A DNA stretch of 64,000 nt from Nitrospirota bacterium. Its GTDB lineage: Bacteria; Nitrospirota; UBA9217. Made by a program: the position numbers and the translations under genes. Positions 26,947 through 36,015 of the stretch are shown here, one piece after another. Where the stretch lies: positions 416,001-480,000 of the forward strand of contig CAWIYV010000014.1 in NCBI GenBank assembly GCA_963840455.1, in the 5' to 3' direction. How positions within the stretch are numbered: position 1 is the first letter of the stretch; each line of letters begins with the position of its first letter. The notes beneath the pieces were generated by a model, which did not search any database, had not been told where the DNA came from, and saw nothing but the letters and a program-made list of their open reading frames with translations.

Positions 26947-28905
26947 TTACCAGGTCCTTGTTCCGTGGCACGATGGAGAGCAGGAGCTCGCGGTCGCGTT
27001 AAAGTTCAAGGAAGCTACGGTGTTTGTAACGCCATTCATGTGCGTCGCAGCAGTCACGGCAGTTGAACTATAGCCAGCGCCGTGGCAGGTGGAGCACTGA
27101 TACCCCCGCGAATTCACGTGGAAATCGTGCTGGCCCGATGCCGGCGGGATGGCGTGGCAGCTGCCACATGCCGGCGTCGGCGGTACATAGGTGCAGGCCT
27201 GCGACAGGACCGGCGTTCCTCCGGTGCAGCCTGCGGGAGACGACGTTGCTACGTTCCTGGTCTGGGTGTTGTTCGACTGGCAAGCTCCCCAGGCCGAGTA
27301 GGTGAACGAGGTGCAGGCCGTGACCGGCGGTACATAGGTGCATGCCTGGGAGAGGACCGGCGTTCCTCCGGTGCAGCCTGCGGGAGACGACGTTGCTACG
27401 TTCCTGGTCTGGGTGTTGTTGGACTGGCAAGCTCCCCACGCCGAGTACGTGAACGAAGTGCAGGCCGTGACCGGCGGTACATAGGTGCATGCCTGGGAGA
27501 GGACCGGCGTTCCTCCGGTGCAGCCTGCGGGAGACGACGTTGCTACGTTCCTGGTCTGGGTATTGTTGGACTGGCAAGCTCCCCAGGCCGCGTACGTGAA
27601 CGAGGTGCAGGCCGTGACCGGCGGTACATAGGTGCATGCCTGGGAGAGGACCGGCGTTCCTCCGGTGCAGCCTGCGGGAGACGACGTTGCTACGTTCCTG
27701 GTCTGGGTATTGTTGGACTGGCAAGCTCCCCAGGCCGCGTACGTGAACGAGGTGCAGGCCGTGACCGGCGGTACATAGGTGCATGCCTGGGAGAGGACCG
27801 GCGTTCCTCCGGTGCAGCCTGCGGGAGACGACGTTGCTACGGTCCTGGTCTGGGTGTTGTTCGACTGGCAAGCTCCCCAGGCCGAGTACGTGAACGAGGT
27901 GCAGGCTGTGACCGGCGGTACATAGGTGCAGGCCCGAGTCAGGGCCGGCGTTCCTGTACAGCCCGCCGGAGATGACGACAGAAGGTCCCTGAGCTGCGTT
28001 CCGGTTGACTGGCATGCGCCCCACGCGCCATAGGTGTAGGTGCAGGCCGTTGGAGTCGGCGGTGTGCAGGCCTGTGACAGGATAGGCGTTCCCGTGCATC
28101 CTGCGGGAGACGAGGTCAGGAGGTTCCTGGTCTGCGTTCCGTTTGACTGGCATGCGCCCCACGCGTCATAGGTGTAGGTGCAGGACGTCGAACCTCCCGG
28201 CCCGGCAGGCATATTCTCCGGATAGAAGGTCCCCGCGGAGATATCCCTGAGGGATCCTGAAAAGATAACGCCGCCGGTCAGCCTGTTCTTAACGACTACT
28301 TTCCCGTCCTCAACTATAAACCGCACGTCGCGGAACAGTGCACGAAGGCCGCTGGAATCACTGTCGTCATCGTCATCGTCGGAGACTGCGTTCCCGGAAA
28401 TCTGGTACAGCGCAAACAGAGGCGCCAGCACGGTGCGCAGGCGGTAGATGATCCCTTCGAAATCGTCCGTGCTCCTGCGGTAATGATCGTCACTGGACTG
28501 CATGGTGTAGAGCGCGCTCGAATTCGTATCATTCGCTGAAGCGGCCACTGCCGTGTCCGAAAGCGGGTTGATGTTGGCACGGCCTCCGCTTTTCGAAATA
28601 GAGTACAGGGTCTGGTCAGTCCCTTCGGCCTTGAGAACGAAAGGCGGCTTGAGCCCCCTCACGTCAACAGTGTAAACTCCGTTGCTGTTGCTGTCTGCCG
28701 TTTTTTCCTGAACCGGCATCGAAGAATCCCTCACAGAAATAGTACTGGTACCTGCCGTGTCCAGCGATGCGACACCGAATACCGAAGACTTAGAGGTATT
28801 AGACACGGTCGGCGAATCCTTCGAACCAGCGCTGCAGCCGTTCACGATCAAGGCGAAGATCATCAGAAATACCGGGGACAGATTCGTGATCCATTTTTTC
28901 ATCAT
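26947..28905 (-). CDS. Putative lipoprotein cytochrome c with seven thrombospondin type 1-like repeats and a C-terminal triheme domain
   Basis: Lipobox-like LIVNG|C; repeats C..TY.AWGACQ...TQTR......PAGC; C-terminal CGSCH, CSTCH, CSPSCH; AAGGAG RBS. Confidence 0.8.
   Translation of the reverse strand: MMKKWITNLSPVFLMIFALIVNGCSAGSKDSPTVSNTSKSSVFGVASLDTAGTSTISVRDSSMPVQEKTADSNSNGVYTVDVRGLKPPFVLKAEGTDQTLYSISKSGGRANINPLSDTAVAASANDTNSSALYTMQSSDDHYRRSTDDFEGIIYRLRTVLAPLFALYQISGNAVSDDDDDDSDSSGLRALFRDVRFIVEDGKVVVKNRLTGGVIFSGSLRDISAGTFYPENMPAGPGGSTSCTYTYDAWGACQSNGTQTRNLLTSSPAGCTGTPILSQACTPPTPTACTYTYGAWGACQSTGTQLRDLLSSSPAGCTGTPALTRACTYVPPVTACTSFTYSAWGACQSNNTQTRTVATSSPAGCTGGTPVLSQACTYVPPVTACTSFTYAAWGACQSNNTQTRNVATSSPAGCTGGTPVLSQACTYVPPVTACTSFTYAAWGACQSNNTQTRNVATSSPAGCTGGTPVLSQACTYVPPVTACTSFTYSAWGACQSNNTQTRNVATSSPAGCTGGTPVLSQACTYVPPVTACTSFTYSAWGACQSNNTQTRNVATSSPAGCTGGTPVLSQACTYVPPTPACGSCHAIPPASGQHDFHVNSRGYQCSTCHGAGYSSTAVTAATHMNGVTNTVASLNFNATASSCSPSCHGTRTW
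27183..28185 (-). repeat. 147-bp (49-aa) coding tandem repeat: five near-identical plus two diverged units
   Basis: gtacataggt recurs at 27183, 27330, 27477, 27624, 27771, 27918. Confidence 0.95.
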
Positions 28906-29044
28906 GCAAGATCTCCTTCGATTGATAGATTGTTACTGCTGGAGTAACCTAACAGACGGCTTGCTCCCTGATGGGGCAGCCGTGTTCGCAGACATGATCC
29001 CATCACCTCCTTGTGGACGCCCGCCTGTGCGCGCTCGTTCGAAC

Positions 29045-29090
29045 AAAAAAGCCGGGCGCCTCGATATCGAAGATATTTCGGCAGCCCGGC
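29045..29090 (-). terminator. Riboswitch expression-platform terminator
   Basis: Minus strand gccgggctgcc...ggcgcccggc followed by T6; overlaps the aptamer 3' end. Confidence 0.8.
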
Positions 29091-29155
29091 TGTCTCATGG
29101 AGATCCTGGGGTTTTCCGCCCCATCCTCGCGGATGGTTGAGTATTATCGTGTATC
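29072..29155 (-). ncRNA. c-di-GMP-I (GEMM-I) family riboswitch, likely the c-AMP-GMP-sensing Ib variant
   Basis: Minus strand gatacacgATAATACtcaaccatccGCGAggatggggcgGAAAaccccaggatctccatgagacagccgggctgccgAAATATC matches GEMM-I architecture. Confidence 0.9.
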
Positions 29156-29173
29156 TATTGTTGCCTGCCTTAT

Positions 29174-29189
29174 AGCAAGGGCCGTGCCA
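29174..29189 (-). promoter_or_regulatory. Sigma54 (-24/-12) promoter
   Basis: Minus strand TGGCACG-GCCC-TTGCT, consensus spacing, placing +1 just upstream of the riboswitch. Confidence 0.85.
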
Positions 29190-29437
29190 ATTCCGGCAAG
29201 ACAGGCTTTAAGCGTTGTTTACGAGGATATTCGCGGTGTTACGAAGGAGTCGCAGAAGAGTTTTCCCCGGCGTGCTGTAGGCTTTTTCCTACGATCAAAG
29301 TGACCGTCCGATGGGAAAAAAGGGAGATGCACTGGAATATCAACAAGTTCAGGAGCTGTATGCTTTTGCAAACAGATGGAGGGTAAAGCCTAGATCGTTT
29401 CGGATCAGATGAATTTAACGAGGTCACCCCATGCCGA

Positions 29438-29887
29438 TCAAAACATCCCGTTCGTGTTGGCGGCTTTCTCGGGTATCTCCTGGTTAACGTCCCAGTGCTC
29501 CACGATCTTGCCGTTCTCGAGCCTGAAGATATCGACAATGGCGCTGCCGCGTGTGCCAGGCTCCCGTACTGCGTGCACGTGCAGGATTACATGGTCTCCG
29601 TCGGCGAACACGCGCTTGATCTCGCTGTGCGAGTTCGGATACCTTTCCCGAAGGAACTTGAGGAACGCTTGCAGCCCCGTTGCGCCGTCGGCTGCATTCG
29701 GGTTGTGCTGGGTGTATTTCGGGCCCATGTACTTCGAGGCTGCCTCGAAATCCTTCTGATTGATCGCCTTCTCGTAGAATTCGACCACGGCCCTCTTGTT
29801 CTGTTCCTCCTGCTTGTCGGCACCGAATACCGCGTGCGTCATAAGGACCAAGCCTAAGATCATTACAGCGCTCACGATCCTGATCAT
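29438..29887 (-). CDS. Exported SnoaL-like / NTF2-family protein
   Basis: Signal peptide; YTQHNP, ADGDHV..H, DIFRLENGKIVEHWDV. Confidence 0.85.
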   Translation of the reverse strand: MIRIVSAVMILGLVLMTHAVFGADKQEEQNKRAVVEFYEKAINQKDFEAASKYMGPKYTQHNPNAADGATGLQAFLKFLRERYPNSHSEIKRVFADGDHVILHVHAVREPGTRGSAIVDIFRLENGKIVEHWDVNQEIPEKAANTNGMF

Positions 29888-30116
29888 ACCGTCCTCCGCG
29901 TATTACCTGTTACCAGGGATTTGATCTGTCTTTCTCTTCATTATTATATCAGCAAAACGAGGTGTGTTCTCATATCGCAAAGTGTACATATCGTCTCCCT
30001 GCATCTCAGGTCGCCTGCCCGGTACTTTCTCCGCTGGCATCCCCGAAGTTCTCCCTGCGATGTATAATACCATTAGGGAATGATCTGACATTATCCGGGA
30101 AAAGGAGGACCTGCTT

Positions 30117-30503
30117 ATGAAACAGCTTGCAAAGTATGAAAGTCAGGCCTACGCCTTGATGCGCATCGTGGCGGGATTCATGTTCTCATTCCATGGAGCA
30201 CAGAAGGTCCTGGGGATGCTCGCTGAGATGCAGCCGGCGATTGGATCGCAGCTCTGGATCGGCGGAGTCATCGAACTCGTCGGAGGGCTTGCGATCATGC
30301 TGGGCTTAAGGACCCGCTGGGCCGCCTTCATCTGCAGCGGCGAGATGGCCGTGGCCTATTTCCAGTTCCACTGGAAGTTCCAAATGGGACCCGCGTTTTT
30401 TCCCGGCGTGAACAAAGGTGAGCTGGCCGTCCTCTACTGCTTCGTGTTCCTTCTCATTGCCTGTAAAGGCGCGGGCATATGGAGCCTGGACAAGGCGGAT
30501 TAA
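30117..30503 (+). CDS. DoxX family membrane protein
   Basis: MRIVAG..FSFHGAQK, GLRTRWAA, GELAVLY, GAGIWSLD. Confidence 0.9.
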   Translation: MKQLAKYESQAYALMRIVAGFMFSFHGAQKVLGMLAEMQPAIGSQLWIGGVIELVGGLAIMLGLRTRWAAFICSGEMAVAYFQFHWKFQMGPAFFPGVNKGELAVLYCFVFLLIACKGAGIWSLDKAD

Positions 30504-31228
30504 AGAACAGCACCGAAAATCATCAAGGTGGATCATCCTGCTTGTCTGTTATTTACCACGATTATCTGGGAACACGAGATCTCTCATATCTGCAAGGCTT
30601 CTGCCTGCTTGATTACAAGGAGCCCTGCAGACCAGCGTGAAAACGAAGGTCTTCAGGCGCTCCTCGACCGGGTCCATCCGTTTCTTTATTGCCACCACAT
30701 TCGATGGTTTTTCATGTTCATCACCTTCCGTTCCGGGACAGGCATTGGATCGCGGTAAATCTTCGCTTATGGGCTCTATTCATTTGGGAGCTGCTGCTAC
30801 TTGCCGGCAGCCGGCGAGGGATCCAAGTGGAGCGCATTCCCCGTAGTTTGCTGCGGGTTAGCATGCTGCAGGGAGCTTCAATGCCTTGACCCGCCGCCTT
30901 CCATGAATATTATAACTCTCTGGACATCGATGGGTTGCATCGCCATGGATAACGTAGGGCATGCAGAAGACATACCGCTCGAACCTGACTCGGTACCCGG
31001 TTGCCACCTGTTTTGTACGTCCGTTCCCCAAACGATTTGAAGGTGTCCCGTCATCAGGCTGCGATCAGGATGACCATTTCACTTTGAAACGCTTTTGCCC
31101 AACACTGCGCACCTATGCAAGCTGATCAAAAAAATTGTGTTAGAGTTGTGTTTGATTATAAGAATTCCACGGAGTTATAATATAGAGCAGTTGTATATGT
31201 TGGACAGAGGGAAGGAGGTGTATTGATC

Positions 31229-31867
31229 ATGTTGAAGCGAATTATCGCGACCATGCTTTCCCTGGCGTTGGTAACCATGTTCACAGCGGCTCCACCCGCA
31301 GCCTGGGGAAAGGGCATGAAGGAGACGCCGAAAGGCGTTGAGCTGAAGATGGCGTTGCGGGACCTGTGGCTGGGACATATTTTCTGGGTCCGGTCCGTGG
31401 TCTTCGCGACAAATTACGGTGACGCCGGTTCGGCCAAGGTGGCCGAGGAGAACGTGGTGAAGAACGCACGGGCCATCGGCGATGCCGTTGCCGGCTATTA
31501 CGGGAAGGAAGCGGGCGACAAGCTGTTCGGGCTGCTCGCAGGCCATTACGGCGCGGTGAAGGAGTATCTGACCGCGGCCATGGCTGGTAACAAGGGCGGC
31601 AAGGACACGGCGGTCGACAAGCTGAAAAAGAACGCCGAGGAGATCGCAACGTTTCTGAGTTCAGCGAATCCGAAGAACTGGCCGAAGGAAACGCTGGTGT
31701 CGCTCCTGATGGCCCACGGTGGTCATCACATCATGCAGATAGATCAGGTCATCATGAAGGACTATGGCGCCGAAGCGGCGACCTGGGACACCATGCGGAT
31801 GCATATCTACACGATCGCTGATGCGCTGGCAGGCGGGATCGAGAAGCAGTTCCCGAAGAAGTTCTAG
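31229..31867 (+). CDS. Exported all-helical protein of unknown function
   Basis: AGGAGGT RBS, signal peptide, typical codon usage; LRDLWLGH, LLAGH, LMAHGGHH, MRMH. Confidence 0.75.
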   Translation: MLKRIIATMLSLALVTMFTAAPPAAWGKGMKETPKGVELKMALRDLWLGHIFWVRSVVFATNYGDAGSAKVAEENVVKNARAIGDAVAGYYGKEAGDKLFGLLAGHYGAVKEYLTAAMAGNKGGKDTAVDKLKKNAEEIATFLSSANPKNWPKETLVSLLMAHGGHHIMQIDQVIMKDYGAEAATWDTMRMHIYTIADALAGGIEKQFPKKF

Positions 31868-32047
31868 CGTATAGAAGAAATAACGATGAAGGTGAAGGGA
31901 ATGGATCGAGCAGGTCCATTCCCCTTGTTCGTTCTTTATCCGGCGGTTGCTCGTTTCACGACATCTCACCGGGCAGGACCTTTTCTTCAGGGCTTTGAGC
32001 TACACCGGTGTCAGCTGGGCCTTGACCTTGCATCCTTCCCGTTGACG

Positions 32048-33205
32048 TCAGCGCCGCCGGCTCTTGCCGGACCTCCTGTCCTTCCCTGTTCTTCGCTCGT
32101 GCGAGGGGAGCGTTGCGGTCGGATATTTTCTTCGGTCTCCGCGTGATCGACGGTCAGCCCGTGTCCTGCGTTCCCGTTCAAACTGCGCGAAGATGCCGTC
32201 GAGCAGGTCATGCCGTTTTTTCCGCAGAACGTCCTCATGTGCTGGCTCGCTGCTCACAACACCCACCTTCAGCTCGAAACAATAGTCCCTGATGAGCGTG
32301 ACGAGGGCCTGCTCGATCTGCATGAATACCGCCAGGTCCTGATCACCTCTGTCGTCCCGCCCGCCCCCGGTTTTCGCCAGCAGACCGTCGATCGCGCCGG
32401 CGGTACGCCGAACGTGCTCGTGGATGGCCTCGTACAACCCCGTCATCGCGTAAATATCCTGCCGGACAATGGCCGTGATCTCCCGGGAGAGAACGTCGAC
32501 GTCTTTTTTGGCATCCTCAAGCAGCTGCCGGGGGACCGGACCGAGCTGCAGAGAATCCTTGATGCTGGCCTTGATCTGCTCCTTGATGTCCCCGATCAGC
32601 TGCTGCTCAGCTTGCTGCGAGACGAGGAGATCGACGAGGATGCCGATCGATTTTTCGCAGAGGCGTTCGATCCTGACCAGGTTGTCCCTGATGTACTGCG
32701 CAATGTCGCGCAGCTCCTGGGACAGGTCCGAGCGCCGCCTCCTCAGGGAGGCGAGCGCCTGCTTCCGCTCCTCGACCATACCGCGCAAACGCTCCAACTT
32801 TGCCGCATCGCTCTTCCTCTTCGGGTCAAGGCCCGCTATCTCTTCTTTGGCGGTCTTGATGAACGCCTCCGGCTTCCGGAAGTCCAGCGCCATGAGAATA
32901 TGGAGGTGATATTTGAACTGCCCCACGGCGAGTTTTAGGACGGGATGGACGAATTGCGAAAAACCGAGCACGCCGTAGAACATTCTGTCCCCGATGTTCT
33001 GAGGCTCCTCGTCAACGCGCTGCTGGCGCGTGAACTCCCGGATGCTTTCGATCAGACCGTGGTACCGGGCCAAGTCGCTGCTGTGCGGCTCTCGACTGCC
33101 TGCTTTTTGGGTGCTCGCGAGAAAATGCCCGAGTTCGTCCTGCGTCGGATTGAGGTCGGCATTCGATTCGAAACGAAGACCAAATATGCGTGTGTCTTTC
33201 GGCAT
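32048..33205 (-). CDS. Hypothetical coiled-coil protein with Arg-rich (D/E)RR tail (start uncertain)
   Basis: Long ORF, coiled-coil composition, ERRTRADRRSRGDRRK...ERRTGKDRRSGKSRRR. Confidence 0.7.
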   Translation of the reverse strand: MPKDTRIFGLRFESNADLNPTQDELGHFLASTQKAGSREPHSSDLARYHGLIESIREFTRQQRVDEEPQNIGDRMFYGVLGFSQFVHPVLKLAVGQFKYHLHILMALDFRKPEAFIKTAKEEIAGLDPKRKSDAAKLERLRGMVEERKQALASLRRRRSDLSQELRDIAQYIRDNLVRIERLCEKSIGILVDLLVSQQAEQQLIGDIKEQIKASIKDSLQLGPVPRQLLEDAKKDVDVLSREITAIVRQDIYAMTGLYEAIHEHVRRTAGAIDGLLAKTGGGRDDRGDQDLAVFMQIEQALVTLIRDYCFELKVGVVSSEPAHEDVLRKKRHDLLDGIFAQFERERRTRADRRSRGDRRKYPTATLPSHERRTGKDRRSGKSRRR

Positions 33206-33446
33206 GCCCCTGCCCGTGCTCCTGATGGAACTCCTGGGTGCCGGATTCCGCTGCTCACCAGGAATGTTCGCCCGGAACGCATCCATGGCGCAACAACGCA
33301 GTTCCGCTCCTCTTGCGTGCTGCTGTGCAATCAATACAATAATAGAATAGTATTGCCGTATTTGCAAGCCCACAAGTGCTGCATACAAGGTGGGCATGCA
33401 GTTCTCCAATTGCACCCGTTCATCAAGGGCTACAAGGGACACCTCT

Positions 33447-33953
33447 TCACTCAGTTTCGCAGGGCGGGACCTTTGTTTTCAAGGTTTTGAGCCGCGCCGG
33501 CGTCAACGAACTCTTGACCTCGTAGCCGACCTTCGCGTGAGCATCCTTCTTCTTCATCAGCAGCCACTCTTTGCCGGTCGATCTCGGCAGATGCTTCATC
33601 TGCGCAAGGGCGAAGGCGCCTTTCAGCTTCTTTCCCTTCAGCTCAAAGCCGAGCTTGCCGTTCTTCAGTGAGCTCTCAGGGTCATCGGTATCGAGCGGGA
33701 CGAACGCACCGGTGTCCCACACGACCACCGGTCCGGCGCCGTAATGTCCTTCGGGGATGACGGCCTCGAAGTCGATATACTCAAGCGGATGGTCCGGCAC
33801 CATGACCGCAAGACGCTTGTCTGCGGGGTCCAGTGACGGCCCCTTGGGGATGGCCCAGGACTTGAGCACGCCGTTGATCTCCAGCCGAAAATCATAATGG
33901 AGCCGCTTCGACCGGTGCTCGTGAACGACGAACCGGAGTGTCTTTTCCGCCAT
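33447..33953 (-). CDS. Stand-alone LigD 3'-phosphoesterase domain protein
   Basis: FVVHEH...LHYDFRLE..GVLKSWAIPKGPS, DHPLEY, YGAGPVVVWD; GGAGGT RBS. Confidence 0.9.
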   Translation of the reverse strand: MAEKTLRFVVHEHRSKRLHYDFRLEINGVLKSWAIPKGPSLDPADKRLAVMVPDHPLEYIDFEAVIPEGHYGAGPVVVWDTGAFVPLDTDDPESSLKNGKLGFELKGKKLKGAFALAQMKHLPRSTGKEWLLMKKKDAHAKVGYEVKSSLTPARLKTLKTKVPPCETE

Positions 33954-34048
33954 GACCGCCACCTCCTGGAAGAGTATGTGAACTGCGATGCTTCTATGAT
34001 ACAATAGTACTGTTTGTACCACAAGCGTTGACAAAGAGACCGGACCAC

Positions 34049-35884
34049 ATGACCAGAGAAGCATATATAAGGAAGAAGCTGGATGATAATTTTCAGCTCT
34101 GGTGCGGAAGGGCGTCCCTCTGGGGGTGCTTCCTCTTCCTGTCCCTGGGCGTGCTGGACTACCTGGCGACGCCAGAGAACTTTTTCCTATTTCTCCGGTA
34201 TCGGGCCGTCGTAGCTCTGGTCCTCCTTGCGGGATATTTTTTCACTTGGCGGCTCCCGAAAGCATATCTCTCGACGCTCGCTTTTGTTATGGTCGCCAGC
34301 GCCGCAATCGCCATCGAGCTCATGATCCTTAACTTCGGCGGACATGAGTCGCCTTACTACGTGGGCATGATCCTGCTTGGCATATCGGTCGTCGGCTTTA
34401 TCCCAGCACGATTCTCATTCCATATAATTATCGCAATAATGATTTACACGATCTATCTCTTTCCGATCCTGATTATAGAAACTATCACAGGCCACCGGGA
34501 TTTTGTTATCGCGAACGCGTTTATGGTATTGATCTTCTCCACCCTGCTTCTCATGCGGTACATGAGCGGGAATGCATTGGCGGCCGAACTGGGCCTCCAG
34601 TACGACCTCGAGCAGTACCGCGAGCGTCTCGAGATGGTCGTCGAAGAGCGGACCGCCGAGCTCAGGCATGCCGTGCAGGACCTGAAAAAGGAGATCGTCG
34701 AGCGCCAGAGGGCGGAAGCGGAGCGGAAGCTGCTGCAGGCCCAGCTGCTGCAGGCCCAGAAGATGGAATCCATCGGCCGCCTCGCCGGGGGCGTGGCCCA
34801 CGACTTCAACAACATCCTTACGGCGATCCTGAGCTATGCCGAGCTTTCCCTCATGAAGCTTCCCGAACATGACCCGCTCAGGGGCCATCTGATCTCCATC
34901 CAGGAAGCGAGCGAAAAGGCCGCTACGCTGACGCACCAGCTCCTGGCGTTCAGCCGCAGGCAGGTCCTGGAAATGAAGGTGGTGGACCTGAACGACGTCA
35001 TCAGGGGTCTGGCGAAGATGCTGACGAGGATGATCGGCGAGGACATGCCCCTTGAGCTTAGGACCGGCGCGACGGCAAGCTTCGTGCGCGCGGACGAGGG
35101 GCAGATCGAGCAGGTCCTGATGAACCTTGCGGTGAACGCGCGGGACGCGATGCCGTCGGGAGGCCGCCTCGTGATCGAGACGGCGGATGCGAACCCGGAC
35201 GATGCGGTCCTGAAGGCGCAAGGGGTGGCCGATCCGGGACAGTACGTCATGCTGTCCGTGACCGATTCAGGCGCCGGGATGTCGGCGGAAGTGCGGGAGC
35301 GGATCTTTGAGCCCTTCTTTACGACCAAGGAGCTTGGCCGGGGGACCGGCCTGGGCCTTGCCACGGTCTATGGGATCGTGAAGCAGCACGGCGGCCACAT
35401 CATCGTGGACAGCGAACCGGGAAAAGGGACCATCTTTCGGATTTTACTTCCCCTGACCGCGGGTCCCGGGCCGCAGCAGGCAGCGGAGCCGAGCGGCCCC
35501 CTGCCGGAGGGGACGGAGACCCTCCTGGTCGTCGAGGACGACGAACTGGTCCGGGGCCTTATCGACGAGGTGCTGGCGCCGCTGGGCTACCGGGTCCTTA
35601 CCACAGCATCGGGCGATGAAGCCCTCAAGACCAGCGATTCCTTCCCGGGCCACGTGGACCTGCTGCTGACGGACGTGGTGATGCCGGGCATGAACGGCAG
35701 GCAGCTCGCCGAGATCATGCGCACCAGGCGGCCGGGGATCAAGGTGCTGTTCATGTCAGGATATACTCAGGACGCCCTTTCCACGCAGGGGATCCTGGAG
35801 CCGGGGGTCGCTTTGATCCACAAGCCGCTCCGGGCCGGAACGCTGGCACGGCAGATCCGGCAGGTGTTGGACAGCGTCCGGTAG
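34049..35884 (+). CDS. Membrane hybrid sensor histidine kinase / receiver
   Basis: N-terminal TMs, [10 protein letters not shown]-box, [20 protein letters not shown], receiver LLTDVVMP. Confidence 0.93.
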   Translation: MTREAYIRKKLDDNFQLWCGRASLWGCFLFLSLGVLDYLATPENFFLFLRYRAVVALVLLAGYFFTWRLPKAYLSTLAFVMVASAAIAIELMILNFGGHESPYYVGMILLGISVVGFIPARFSFHIIIAIMIYTIYLFPILIIETITGHRDFVIANAFMVLIFSTLLLMRYMSGNALAAELGLQYDLEQYRERLEMVVEERTAELRHAVQDLKKEIVERQRAEAERKLLQAQLLQAQKMESIGRLAGGVAHDFNNILTAILSYAELSLMKLPEHDPLRGHLISIQEASEKAATLTHQLLAFSRRQVLEMKVVDLNDVIRGLAKMLTRMIGEDMPLELRTGATASFVRADEGQIEQVLMNLAVNARDAMPSGGRLVIETADANPDDAVLKAQGVADPGQYVMLSVTDSGAGMSAEVRERIFEPFFTTKELGRGTGLGLATVYGIVKQHGGHIIVDSEPGKGTIFRILLPLTAGPGPQQAAEPSGPLPEGTETLLVVEDDELVRGLIDEVLAPLGYRVLTTASGDEALKTSDSFPGHVDLLLTDVVMPGMNGRQLAEIMRTRRPGIKVLFMSGYTQDALSTQGILEPGVALIHKPLRAGTLARQIRQVLDSVR

Positions 35885-35930
35885 GGCAGGAACACTTGCC
35901 CCGGGGCCGATCGCTATCCCCCGAAATTTC

Positions 35931-35960
35931 TTGACAAACCTTGCTTCCGCCGTATACAAT
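35931..35960 (+). promoter_or_regulatory. Putative sigma70 promoter of cysS
   Basis: TTGACA-18 bp-TACAAT. Confidence 0.55.
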
Positions 35961-36015
35961 CTCACGCTTATTCGGACCGCAGTGAACACGGTCCTGGATG
36001 GAGAACAGTTCAGCC

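Noticed and set aside
27183-28185. 147-bp tandem array as a CRISPR array or DGR template/variable repeat
   Set aside because: Units are contiguous with no unique spacers, are a multiple of 3 and lie in a coherent ORF; no cas or reverse transcriptase gene in the window.
30520-31150. Several short overlapping ORFs between doxX and the exported helical protein
   Set aside because: No recognisable motif, RBS or consistent codon bias in any frame; possibly decayed sequence but unsupported.
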